A stretch of 63,344 bases of DNA, filler included, from Folioceros fuciformis (taxonomy: Eukaryota): the NCBI GenBank assembly GCA_049999805.1. It is 31 parts of 31 records of this genome, joined end to end, with 100 filler letters (N's around TTAATTAATTAA, not from the genome) between each part and the next. Parts side by side here need not be neighbours in the genome. Positions count along the whole stretch, not along the records: positions 9,685 to 14,648 come from JBNGIO010004755.1; positions 14,749 to 15,893 come from JBNGIO010004756.1; positions 15,994 to 19,475 come from JBNGIO010004757.1; positions 19,576 to 20,678 come from JBNGIO010004758.1; positions 20,779 to 21,895 come from JBNGIO010004759.1; 26 more parts are not named here. One strand, written 5' to 3'. The translations under genes and the position numbers were made by a program. Each line of letters starts with the position of its first letter. Position 1 is the first letter of the stretch. Below, one piece after another: positions 9,685 through 21,995 of the stretch. The notes beneath the pieces are model-generated. The model worked only from the letters and a program-made list of their open reading frames with translations. It ran no database searches and was not told where the DNA came from.

Positions 9685-12600
9685 TGAAAGGACAATACGA
9701 GGCTTGCAAAACTTTCTTGCACTATTTCTCCTTAGCATGAATTCCTAGATAACAATCACCCATTGTTACGACCGCCAGGAGCCACCAGCCCTTGACGGCC
9801 CAAAGCCTGGAGACGACGCCATGCAGTTGCAGCCAAAGCCATGAGAAGGAGATTCATGACCATCGCCAACTTGAAGCCAAGAGAAGACACTAGAAGACTG
9901 AGCCATACAGCCGTCACCAGTCGTGACCAGGAGACAGAGCCCTGCAGCCACCGCCGGAACCCGACTTAGGTCACCAGACCTATGGGTACCCACAACCAGT
10001 CCTGTCCCGTGAAGACGAACGGAACGGACAGCAACATGTTTGAGGCCTTAGGGTCGTTGTAGTGACTGGAGTGAGTTTGTGGGCACCGAGAGAGGTGAAG
10101 CTGACCGCCGGACAGCGAGGCCTGTCCTACGCCTGATGGGAGCTGGAGGGGAGCCCTCGAATCCATCGTCGAGTCGATCAAGTCCGACCCTCCATCCACA
10201 GCAGCAAGGAACCCCATCGCTCTTTCGTGGGAACGAAACCCAATGTCTCAACGACAGTGGGATAAGTGTGGCCACTAAAGGTGGAACCCGTTGGCAATCA
10301 ATGCCCGGGGTTTTGCCTCCACAGGTACCCACAACCAGTCCCGTCCCGTGAAGACGAACGAAATGGACATCAATGCGTTCAAGGCTTAACCTTACTTTTT
10401 GACCCATAACTTACTTTTCGACCTGTTTGACCCTTAAACAATTAGTTTAACATTTACTAATTTAGATTAGAAAGAGTTGATCTTTACTTTTACTAGGGTA
10501 GTTAGACCCTAACCTCAACAGAATTTCTAGTTTGTTGCTAAGGGCTTCTTGGTAAGACACAGGCCAACCCTTCTTATACCATGAACTCTAAGAAAAACGT
10601 AGCCAATTGCTGAAGGCTCATCTCACGAGAGGAAGCCTCTGCCCTGGAAGTCGATATGGGCTTGGCACATATCCTTGCCGTGACGCTTGGTATCAGAGCC
10701 TATCCATCCTGTAGACCCTGAAGGATTGGAATTGGAGCAGAGAAGGGAGAGCATGACGGCGGTTAGAAGGTCAGCTGGCGGGGGTCCTCTAGTCGCTGGA
10801 ACACCCAAGTCCAATAGGGTCAGATCCCAACACAACCACACCCACCCGACATGACTCGTCTCTACCGATCCCCCGAACCCCAAAAGAGGCCGGGCCACCG
10901 AAACACCCAACAGTCCCTTAGTGGGGAGTAGTGGGCAAGGAGGGCTGGACCTCACCAGCACTCAACCTCTCGTTTTATCGCAGTAGCGGAATGGATGAGA
11001 ACTTGAAGAAGTTGGTGGTGGAGCTGTTACCTGGAGAGAAGGACAACAAGGAAATCAAAGCATTAGCCTGCCGACTCCAAGTGATGCGCTACAAGAACTG
11101 GGAGAAGGCCAACGCAAAATTAGAGTCAGACCTGCTGGAGAGTGAGGAGCAGCCCTTCAAACCTTGCCCTTAGCTCGACAAGGAGCTTTTGAGGAAGATC
11201 AAAACCACGATCTTCGACGGGGTCGTGAAGGAGGCACAGGGAGTGTATGACTGGCTTGAAAAAATGGAGAAATACCTCACAGCGAGCGAGAAGGATGACT
11301 TACAATGAATTCAGTTCTATGTAATGTTGCTGGAAGGGTAAGCCTATCGGTGGTGGAGACACAGGGAAAGAAAAGTGGACCTGGGAATGGAACCGGCCAT
11401 ATACACCTGGGCGGTCTTCAGACAGGTCTTCTTGGAGCAATTCCTGTCAACCACAACCGAGACCTATATCACCAATTCCACAAAATCTATCAACAAGGCA
11501 CTATACAAGAGTATTGTGATAAGTTTTTGCAACTCACCTTGGACCTACCCCGACTGGACGAGGAAAAGAAGGTGGAGAAGTTCATCGATGGGCTTCGTTT
11601 TGAGTTGAGAGCCGACGTCAACCAAACGAACCTAGGGACTCTGGTAGAAGCTATCCGGGCCGCCATGAACTATGGGTTGAACAAGTACAAACACCTAGGA
11701 ACAGCAGGTGGTCAGAAGCAGAAGTATGGCAAGACTGTCAATGCAATGAACAAAAAATTGGTGTTCAAAATTCTCACAAAAGCAGAAAAGAAGGAGTATC
11801 AGGAGAAGAAAATGTGTTTCACCTGCACCAATGCGGATCACGGCTCACGAAACTGCCCCCATGGTAAGGAGTTCATTGCATGGCTAAAGGAAACGGGAAA
11901 TACCACCCGAACCAGCCATCCCCACAGTACGCCCAACAACCGTGGCAACCACTCGGTGACCATCGAAGAGGTAGGAGATTGTCTCCCTTCCAGTAACCCC
12001 AAGGCTTGCAACGGCTATTGTGTACTGAACACTTGTGCTTTGCATTACATACCCTTGAAATTTCGGGTACAACTCGAGGGCATGGCAGTCACAGCCCTGC
12101 TGGATAGTGGGGCTAGCCACCACTATATCTCGGAAGCAGCAGCCCACAAGGCGGACCTACACATACAAGACTCGGGTCAGCTGTCCATAGTAGTGACAGC
12201 GCTAGGTAGGAAGGACACCAGTGTGGAGAAGTGGGTAGAAGCTCATCTAACCTCCCCAGCAGGATATACTGAGGAGTTGAGATTAATAGTAATGCCCAGT
12301 CTTGCTCATGATGTGATAGTAGGAAAACCCTTGCTAGCAGCCCATTCCAAACACCTTCAGATAGACTGGTCGAACAATGTGATCAACCTGCAAGTGAACC
12401 ACCAACAGTATGAATTAGTGGGGGAGGCACACCTCCCAAACAAACACCTGTTTGCGATTCCGTGTTACATAAAGCAATTGCTCGTGGCAGCTTCCTGTAC
12501 ATAGCAAAACTGAAGAAAGGTAACCCCGCTGGAAGGCACTATAGAATTGCAAGCAAAGCTAGCAAGACAGGTAGAGGAGGAACTTCCCGAGAGCATGAAG

Positions 12601-14648
12601 TCTCTGTTGGTCGAGTTCAAGGATTTGTTTGCAAATCCCACGAAACTCCCTCCCCGACGCTCTATGGACCATTGAATTGACCTGGTCAAAGGCACCAAAC
12701 CAGTTAGCATCCAACCCTACAAGACGTCAGTCATGGAGAATGCTGAAATCAAACAGCAGGTAGACGCTTTCCTGGCTCAAGGGTTTGTAAGACCCTCAAT
12801 CTCACCTTATGGGGCCCCAGTGTTGTTGGTAGCCAAGCCTGATGGAGGTTGGAGACTTGGTATTGATTACTGAGGTCTCAACTGGGCGACTATGAAGAAC
12901 ATGTATCAGATGCTCGAAATCGATGAGATCCTGGACCAGTTGCATGGTTTAGTATGGTTCTCCAAAATTGACTTGCGCTCTGGATTCCACCTGATCCGAG
13001 TCAAGGAGGGAGATGAACACAAGACGTCATTCCGGACCCACCATGGCCATGATGAGTGGGTGGTGATGCCCATGGGCCTCACCAACGCTCCAGCTACCTT
13101 CCAATGCCTAATGCAGGACATCCTTAGGCTGCTATTGGGACGAGGCATGGAAGTGTTTCTAGATGATATCCTCATCCACTCCGGTGACACAGAAACCCAC
13201 GTCAAGCTAGTTAGGGCAGTGATGCAGCTCTTGCAGAAACACCAGCTCTTGGCAAAAAGGAGCAAATGCACCTTCATGCGCAGGGAAGTTGAATACCTGG
13301 GGCACATTGTCACGAGGGATGGAATCAGGATGGATCCCCGCAAGATCAAAGCCATCGTAGAGTGACAACTGCCCACAGACATCACCCACCTCCACCGGTT
13401 CCTCGGCCTTGCCGGGTTCTACAGGAGATTCATCCAGGGCTTCAGTCAGATAGCCCTCCCTCTGACCGATACCCTCAATCAGTCGGCCAGCAAGACCTTT
13501 CACTTGGATGCAGCAGCCCAGCAGGCTTTCGCCCAGCTGAAACAGGCCTTAAGCACGGGACCAGTTTTGGCAGTAGTGGACCCTAGGGGTACCTACAACA
13601 TACACACAGATGCGTCAAATTTTGCCCTCGGGGCAGTCCTATCACAGGATGGACGAGTTATCGCCTATGAGTCTCACAAACTCCAAGGCATACAGGTTAA
13701 CTATGCAGTCCATGACAAAGAAATGTTAGCCATTGTCCATGCTCTGGCAACATTACTTGCTTGGACAGAAGTTCACAATGCACACTGACCATCACTCCCT
13801 CCAACACTTTTTCACTCAGCCGAATCTCAATGCTAGACAGAGGAGGTGATCAGAATACTTAGCTGATTTCAACTTTGACATCAAATATGTCATAGGACCC
13901 TCCAATGTAGTGGCAGATGCCCTCAACCGCCAAGCCCTCACTTTGATGTCCTCCCAACTGGACACCACCCAAGCAGTTCAAGCAGCGACTCCGGAAGACC
14001 CGCACCTGCAAGATTTACCAACAATTAGTTCAAGACACAGCAGGGGGAGTACCCACAGCCTTAATGCAAACTTACCAGCTTAAGGATGCTTGCGTCTATA
14101 GAAAAGGCTAGCTGGTGATCCCACAACACCTGAAGGACATCCAGCATAGTATCCTACACGATCTGCATGACTCCCCCATCTCGGGACACTTGGGCATTGA
14201 CAAGACCTATGAGCGGGTGAAGACCCACTTTCATTGGGAAGGCCTACATAGTGACTGTATACAATGGGTTAGGAGCTGCACATCGTGTCAACAAGCAAAA
14301 CCCGAACACCAGAAAACACCAGGACCCTTGTTACCTCTGCAAGTGCCTGAAGGCCGGTTCCAATCCATCTCCATGGACTTTGTGACTGCTCTACCCCGTA
14401 CACACACCGGAAAGGATAGTATCTGGGTAATTATGGACAAGTTGTCTAAGTGCTGCCCCTTCATCCCGGTGAACTCCAACATTACAGCATCAAAGTTGGC
14501 CAGCATCTTCACCAAGGAAATCTTTAGACTCCATGGCTACCCCCAGAACGTCATCTCCGACCAAGACCCTAAATTCACAGCAAGGTTCTGGCGGACCTTC
14601 ATGGAGACCTTGGGCATCCAGCAGAGCTTATCCTCCACATATCACCCC
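9685..14648 (+). mobile_element. Ty3/gypsy chromovirus-type element: 5' LTR, PBS(Met), degenerate gag-PR-RT-RH-INT
   Basis: PBS TGGTATCAGAGCC at 10688-10700; knuckle CFTCTNADHGSRNC; LLDSGASH; FLDDIL; TDASNFALGAVL; HHCC zinc finger and ISMDFV; several stops and frameshifts. Confidence 0.95.
10053..10323 (+). repeat. Full ~270-bp structured repeat inside the chromovirus LTR, between two diverged 66-bp direct repeats
   Basis: Matches the reverse complement of 55589-55859; flanks 9985-10050 and 10324-10389 share 55 of 66 positions by hand alignment. Confidence 0.9.
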
Positions 14649-14748
14649 NNNNNNNNNNNNNNNNNNNNNNNNNNNNNNNNNNNNNNNNNNNNTTAATTAA
14701 TTAANNNNNNNNNNNNNNNNNNNNNNNNNNNNNNNNNNNNNNNNNNNN

Positions 14749-15700
14749 GACAACATTCTGGATTTGGTGGCTGGCCACATGATTTACTCCTTTTTGGATG
14801 GCTATTCTGGTTACAATCAGCTGTCCCTCAGGGAGAGTGACTGGCCATTGACAGCCTTCACACCTGATTGGGGGACATTCGCCTACAAGAGGAGTGCTTT
14901 TGGGCTGACAGGAGCACCGGGGTCCTTTATGCGCAGCATGTACAAGATCTTCAAGGATTTCCTCCACAAGTTCCTAAAGGTGTTAATAGATGATTTTTGT
15001 GTGTCTGGAGGGGTGGAGCAGCATGTGGAGCACCCAAGGCTGTGCTTGGCCAGGTGCCGTGAGACGCAGCTTTGTTTGCATCTAGAGAAATGCTATTTTG
15101 GCATGGCTGAAGGGATCTTGCTAGGTCACAGAATTTCAGCAAGGAGCATTGAAGTGGACCCGGACAAGGTGAAGGTGATTGCTGCCTTGAGGGCCCCAGC
15201 CACACTGAAGGAGCTGCGTGGATTCCTTGGGATGGTGGAATACTACCGCCGATTCGTGCCAAATTTTGCTAGACGGGCCTATTGAGGAAGGAGCAATCTT
15301 GGGAGTGGACAACGGCAAGGGAGGCTGCGTTTCAGGACTTGAGGACCACTCTTGTGACAGCACCAACACTCAAGGGGCCTGATTGGGAAAAGAATTTCCA
15401 TGTGTACGTGGATGTTTCAGCCTTTGCCATTGGGACAGTCCTTAGCCAACAGGATGAGAAGTGGAGGGACTACCCAATCTACTATGCTGGACGTCAACTT
15501 ACAGAGGCTGAACGCAAGTACACCACAACCAAGAGGGAGGCACTTGGCATGGTCTACTCTTGTCGTAAATTCCGCCACTACCTCCTCTTCTATGAGTTTG
15601 TCTTCCATGTTGATCATTTTGCTCTCAAGCACCTAGTCAACAAGGCAGACCTATCAGGCCGCATAGCTCGCTATATTTTGCTCTTGCAGGAGTTCACATT
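14749..15700 (+). mobile_element. Ty3/gypsy RT-RNase H fragment, frameshifted near 15282 and cut by another sequence near 15700
   Basis: YSFLDGYSGYNQ, LIDDF, YVDVSAFAIGTVL, REALGMV. Confidence 0.93.
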
Positions 15701-15993
15701 TGTCAATAGGATCGACTCCAGTCTACGTGCAAGTGTAGGAGAGGAGAGGAGAGAAGAGAGAGTGGTATTGGTGATCACAACCATGAAAACAATACACATC
15801 ACCACTGTCTTACTATGGAGGTCCGAGGTCTCCATTTAAGTAGTACATTTAGGGCTACACAACTTCCAGGTTCAATATGGGATAATCTACACTNNNNNNN
15901 NNNNNNNNNNNNNNNNNNNNNNNNNNNNNNNNNNNNNTTAATTAATTAANNNNNNNNNNNNNNNNNNNNNNNNNNNNNNNNNNNNNNNNNNNN

Positions 15994-17460
15994 TATGCAA
16001 GTCATTTTAAATGCAGATAGTTGTCTTATCTCTTATCTTCCAAGTAAGTCCCATACCTCTTGCTCAAGCACTTTAGAAGACGGGTTATACAAACTGTCTT
16101 TCCAAGTGGGTCCCTTACATGATAGGATACATGTAGCTTCCCAAAATTCTGCAACATCCTCCAACACCATACTTTAGCACTGTCACTTAGGTCATCCTAA
16201 CAGCCAAAAACTCATTCAAATGTCAAAGGGAAACCTCTATAGAAGTCCTTCCCTTTCAATGATAGAACCACTATCCTGGTGTGAAGCTTGTGTCGTAACC
16301 AAATGACATCAAGCTCCCTTTCAAAATCACTCTCCATAGGGGGCTAAAGCACCCCTTGAATTAGTTCACATAAACATTTTCGGCCCTGTTTCTACACCAT
16401 CCTTTAGTGGTTGTAGATACTTCCTTACTTTCATTGATGATTTCTCTCGTTTTACCTCCACATACATCCTTAAGCACAAAATTGAACCTTTTCAATACTT
16501 TAAGGACTACATGATGTGGGCGGAGAGACTTACAAACACGAAACTCAAGATCCTCCGTTCTAACAATGGAGGAGAGTTTACTTCAAATTCTTTAACTAAT
16601 TTTTGTCGACCTCAAGGCATAGCTCAACAACTTATAGTTGTATACACACCTTAGCAAAACGGCGTAGCAGATAATAAGAACTTACATCTTCAAGAGATAG
16701 CATGTTGCTTGCTCTTCCAAGCAAAATTAACCAAATCATATTGGGCAGAAGCAATGGTTACAGCAACATATCTCATTAATAGAATACCAACCTCAGTGGT
16801 TAAAGGTATGATACCTTATGAAGCATTTGCTGGCAAAAAGCCTTCCATAGATCATCTTCAAATTTTTGGCTGTACAACTTATGTTTATATACCTAAAGCA
16901 TAGCGCAAGAAATTAGATGATAAGGCTGCTAAATATACTTTTATTGGCTACACTGAAGGTATTAAAGGATACAAATTATTTGATCTTGTTTGAAAGAGAC
17001 TTCTTTACGCCAGAAGCGTTACATTTCATGAGTCTCCAATCCTATCTCCTTCAGTGGATTCTCCTATTTTCGTTCCTGATGACAATCATATGCCTTCGTC
17101 TTTTGATAATGATGAATTTATTACCCTACATTCCACCCCTTCCTCTCCTCCGGTTGAACCTATATTGCAGGAGGAGGAGGGGAACCCTAAACCCTAATCT
17201 TCTCCAAGATGACCAACTACTCCAGATCCAAATATGGAAATTCCTCAGCATCTTGAAGATCTTCCTGATGTCCTGGACGATGAACTTTCCGAGCCTGTAT
17301 ATCTTGATGAATATGAGCCGGTTCCTCCTATACATGAACCAGCTCCTGTAGAAGACGATAACACTTTAGAACAAGTCATCAACGAAGATATACAACCTGC
17401 ACCAAGGTACAACCTAAGACCAAGACCTGGTGTCTCTGGACATGCAGGATGGAAGGAACC
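15994..17460 (+). mobile_element. Ty1/copia GAG-pre-integrase and integrase relic
   Basis: YFLTFIDDFSR, NGGEF, YWAEAMVTATYLINR, HLQIFGC; many stops. Confidence 0.9.
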
Positions 17461-17474
17461 ACCTCTAGGATACC

Positions 17475-19475
17475 TTACTGCTAATATATGCGGAAGCGTG
17501 CTCACAAAAGGAAGAAGAGCAATTAACTAGTTAAGGACCATGTGTCCTTAAATACAAAATGTTTGAGTTTTTTTTGAGTTCACTCCCTAACTATAATATA
17601 AGTCATGTTAGGGTTTCCATCCCTAACACTCCCACTAAATCTAAATGGCTTATACGACCATAGGTTTAAAAAGGGATATCATTATCCAACAATTCTTCTA
17701 ACAGCTCACCACTAAGCCACGTGCAGCCATCAAGTCCTCGTTTACAGCCTTCTTAAAAACGGTGTCCTCTTCTTATTCGTGAGCTGTAGCAGCAACCATG
17801 GCATTCGACAGACAGGAACTCGCTCAAGCTGGACTCACAGCACCTCAGCAACCATGGCTCCCAGGCACATAGGCAAGAAGAGGGCGAGCAGCTCCAGTTG
17901 TGAAGAAGGACAGAAGCATAGGCGCTCAACAGCCAGAAGAGTGACTCCAGATGTGACACCTGCGCCTGCGACCAATGCCTCAGCGCCTGCCAACCTGCCT
18001 CGCTGCCTTGACAGCATTCCAAAGAAAAAGCTGGACTTGGAAGAATCCTTCAGAGGTTCTAAGCCAAGCATCACAAACTTGTCTCCTGTGCCCAACTCAA
18101 CTGACAAGGAGGACGAAGTGGCGAGTATCCCTCGTCGCAGACCCTAAACAACATACTCAACCTTGACTATGCCTCGTTCAGTTGCATCCCTTATATATTG
18201 ATGATAGAGTTCTATATGCTTCGTTCTGGCATGAAACCTAGGGTTGGAGACAAGGGCAATTGCGCTCATATTGTCACATAGCAGCAGTGTTGGACTTGTC
18301 TGAGCTTGATTAACTGACTCCAAAAACTATCTTCCCCACTCAGCTTCTTTACAAGCATCAGTGAGAGCTTTATATTCAGCTTCAGTGGACAAAAGTGCCA
18401 AGGAAGTCTGCTTCTTGCAGCTCCAGCTAACAGTACCAGAAGCCAAGAGAAAACAATATGCAGACAAACTGAACTTGGTGTTGGCATCAAAGGCCCAGTC
18501 AGCATCAGCGATGGAGGTAAGTTCAAATCTATTACTCCCACTACAGGTGTATTGCAGACCATAAGAAATGGTGCCTTTAAGATATCGTTAAATCCTCTTA
18601 ACTGCTACCCAGTGTTGCCGTCCAGGAGACTTCCAAAACTGGGAGACAATCAAGACAGAGTAACTGATATCAGGTCGCGTCCAGTTTGCCAAAAAGATTA
18701 GGCAGCCAACTGCATATGGAACAAGTTGCATGTCCTCAAGTTCAAGATCGCTCTGAGGAGACATAGAAGAGGTAAGTTTCTCCCCCACTCTAGAGGGAGT
18801 GGCAACTAGTCGGGCCTCATCCAAATTAAACAATTTCAGAATGTCCTTAATATACTTTGTTTGATGCAAAATGATCTGACCATGGGAACGGTTGCGCAGG
18901 ATCTAAATACCCAAGCAAAATTGTAAATCACCCTGGTCAGTCATCTCAAACTCCTGACGCAGCATAGCCTTCACCTTTTGAAGTTGATCAGGGCTATTGC
19001 TTAGAAGCACACAGTCATCAACGTACAGGGCAAGGACGACAAACAGCGAATCAACAGCAAAATAAAAGACATTGGTGTCTGCTAGCGACTGGAGGAAACC
19101 AAGTTGGCGCAAATACTTTATTATCCGCTTATACCATGCTCGAGGTGACTGCTTAAGACCATAAATCGTTTTCAACAGCTCCCACACTTTATTGGCATTC
19201 TTTGGACTAATGTACCCTGGTGGTTGTTGCATATACAAGGTCTCCTCCAGCTCTCCATGCAGAAAGGCAGTACATACGTCCATTTGCTGAACTTCCAGAT
19301 CATACTCTGTGGCCATCGCTAAGAGAATTCGAACAGAGGGAGGCTTCACCACTGGAGAAAACGTGTCACTATAGTTAATGCCAAGAATTTGACTGAAACC
19401 ACGAGCAACCAGGTGAGACTTGTGTCTGGCAATTGTCCCATCTGCTTTCAACTTTGTTTTGAACACCCATTTGCA
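17475..19475 (-). mobile_element. Ty1/copia RT-RNase H (RH truncated near 18150), 3' region, PPT (17629-17636) and 3' LTR start (17628)
   Basis: QMDVCTAFLHG, LYVDDC, HARTKHI; AGTGGGAG-TGTTAG. Confidence 0.9.
17854..18147 (+). CDS. Antisense 97-aa basic, Ser/Pro-rich ORF in a copia 3' region
   Basis: ATG in AACCATGGC context; MAPRHIGKKRASSSS... Confidence 0.35.
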   Translation: MAPRHIGKKRASSSSCEEGQKHRRSTARRVTPDVTPAPATNASAPANLPRCLDSIPKKKLDLEESFRGSKPSITNLSPVPNSTDKEDEVASIPRRRP

Positions 19476-19575
19476 NNNNNNNNNNNNNNNNNNNNNNNNN
19501 NNNNNNNNNNNNNNNNNNNTTAATTAATTAANNNNNNNNNNNNNNNNNNNNNNNNNNNNNNNNNNNNNNNNNNNN

Positions 19576-19813
19576 CCGAGAGAGGTGCAGCTGACCGCTG
19601 GACAACGAGGCCTGTCCTACGCCTGATCGAAGCTGGAGGGGAGCCCTCGAATCCATCATTGAGTCGATTGAGTCCGACCCTCCATCCATAGCAGCAAGGA
19701 ACCTCATCGCTCCTTCGTGGGAATGAAACCCAATGTCTCAACGACAGTGGGATAAGTGTGGCCACTAAAGGTGGAACCCGTCGGCAATCAGTGCCCGGGG
19801 TTTTGCCTCCACA
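19576..19813 (+). repeat. Copy of the ~270-bp GCCTCCACA-ending repeat
   Basis: Near-identity with 10086-10323. Confidence 0.9.
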
Positions 19814-20678
19814 CCAGCACCACCAACAACCACCAACCAGCAATGACACCACTACCCTCTACGCTTTCCTATTGACTCCCCCTACCCGGCAAGAGTCCCT
19901 AGACTAACCCCAAAGGAAGCATACCGCCGCCCACGATCCTACCAGACACCATGCAAGCATGGTCGGCACTCACTCCAGCCCTGCGAGGAAACAGAAATGA
20001 CAGATCATGGGGACACGACATGGAGAGCACGATCAAGAATTAAAAGGGACCCCGCCCTTAATCCTGGTCACCACTTCTCAAAGCTTTACCAGACGCTGCA
20101 CACATGCACAGCCGGCACACACTGCTATATCCAAGTAGGGACAGCCTGAGAGAACTCACAAAGTGACAACCTGCCTCCTGCAGGCTCCCTTGATCTTATA
20201 GGAGCCTCTCTCTCTCTGACTTCACCTCTCTCTAACTTGACAAATATTATTTTAGTAGGACCACTAGCCTAGCCGGCTGTCACCAGCCACTTATTTAGAC
20301 TTCTAGCACATCCTGCCACCAATGAGCTAGCCCTACCACCACAAGGATCTACCACCTCTTAGACTATCCTAGGACTTTGGAGGATGTTTAATCGATTTGC
20401 GGACGCCGCCTCTTCCTTGCTGGATGGCTGCCCGTTAAGTCTTCCCCAGCAACTGTTCACCCTTGGTAGCTGACCCAGCCTCCAGGGGAGGAGTATGAGT
20501 AGTGGGAAAGATAGAGAGGAGGTAAGAAGCAATGGGATCGATCAGCAGCCGAAGCTTGTGAAGGAACGCTCTAGGAGCTACATGGTGAAGGAGAGGAGAG
20601 GAGGAGGCAAGGAGGAGAGGAGAGGAGGAGGCACACTTCACAATAGAGTCACACATACAAGAGAGCTCAAGTGGGTAT
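19814..20678. mobile_element. Non-coding LTR-element sequence mosaic
   Basis: 19814-19912 resembles 55913-56015; 20393-20555 resembles 27389-27548; 20557-20678 resembles the LTR start at 42419. Confidence 0.6.
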
Positions 20679-20959
20679 NNNNNNNNNNNNNNNNNNNNNN
20701 NNNNNNNNNNNNNNNNNNNNNNTTAATTAATTAANNNNNNNNNNNNNNNNNNNNNNNNNNNNNNNNNNNNNNNNNNNNATTGTAAAGGTTAACAAAGTTA
20801 ATGACTTGGCCTGGACAAGAGACCTGGACACATTGGATATCAGGATGGTTAAAAAGATCCCAACGGGGAGAAATACTACTAGAGCAAAGGCTTTTGTTAA
20901 CATAGGTGCGGACCTGAGTATCAAGACATGGACTAGGATCAGCCGAACAGGAGCGAGAC

Positions 20960-21895
20960 GTGCGTGAGAAAAAGATTGTGAATTATGTTGTGTCCGTCGG
21001 CCTTTGTGGTCGCGCGAACAGGAGGTCGATACGGCAGTTAGCCGTTACCTAGCAGTTGGCCATTGGCCTTCTGCCCATATAGCTAGGGTAGCGTTTCGTA
21101 TTTAAATATGTAAAACCCTAACTAGCATAAGTGTTTGAGTATTAAAGTAATTAGGGCACAGCCCTTTTCTAACACTCCCACTTGCTCGACACTTTGCGCC
21201 GGCCGCCAGCCTCCGACAAGAAACATGAATCTTGGCCAGATGTCTCCGGTTTGGATCTGGATGGCCTGCCTTTTGCTTGTCGCTGGAATCATTGCTAAGC
21301 TCGAGAGAGCGTGCTCCGCATCACGCCGCCACCGTCCTTCTTCAGATTGCCTTGAAGGTTTGTAGCGCCTTCCAAAGTTTTCTCGATGTCCAGAGTTGAA
21401 CATGTTGTTGGAGCAGGCAGAGATCGGCCAGAATGGCAGCTTGGCACTTCGTTACTCTCCATGGTTCCGTGAGGATCCTGAGTGAGCTTGAATTTCCTGC
21501 AAAACAAACAGCGTGCACCCATCCTTTTGTGCAGCTACCCTGGTGAGGTGCCGCCCTGACAAGTAATTGGTTTGTTTGTGAGGCCAAGGCTGGTGCAGTG
21601 CTTGTCGTGCTTATCTCGTGAGAGTGGCTTTGTAAATATGTCCACTGTGTTGTCATCTGTGGGGACGCACTCTAGGTGGATATGCCTATCTGCTATTGCT
21701 TGCCGTATGAAATGAAACCTAACATCTATGTGCCTCGTGTGTGCGTGCATGACCGGATTCCGAGACAACGCGATGGCGGACTGATTGTCACAGAATATGG
21801 TCGTCGGCTCAGGTTGTGTCATCCCGATGGAGTCCAACAAAGCTCTTGCATGCAGCACTTCCTGTGTGGCCGATGTCGCTGCTATGTACTCTGCC
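20960..21895 (-). mobile_element. Ty1/copia RNase H end, 3' region, PPT (21175-21183) and 3' LTR
   Basis: FCDNQSAIAL, HTRHIDVRFH, VDIFTKPL; AAGTGGGAG-TGTTAG. Confidence 0.9.
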
Positions 21896-21995
21896 NNNNN
21901 NNNNNNNNNNNNNNNNNNNNNNNNNNNNNNNNNNNNNNNTTAATTAATTAANNNNNNNNNNNNNNNNNNNNNNNNNNNNNNNNNNNNNNNNNNNN

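Noticed and set aside
10053-10323. Retrozyme or hammerhead ribozyme in the 270-bp repeat
   Set aside because: CGAAAC is present but no conserved CTGANGA core (CTGATGG, CTGATCG in different copies) in the right geometry
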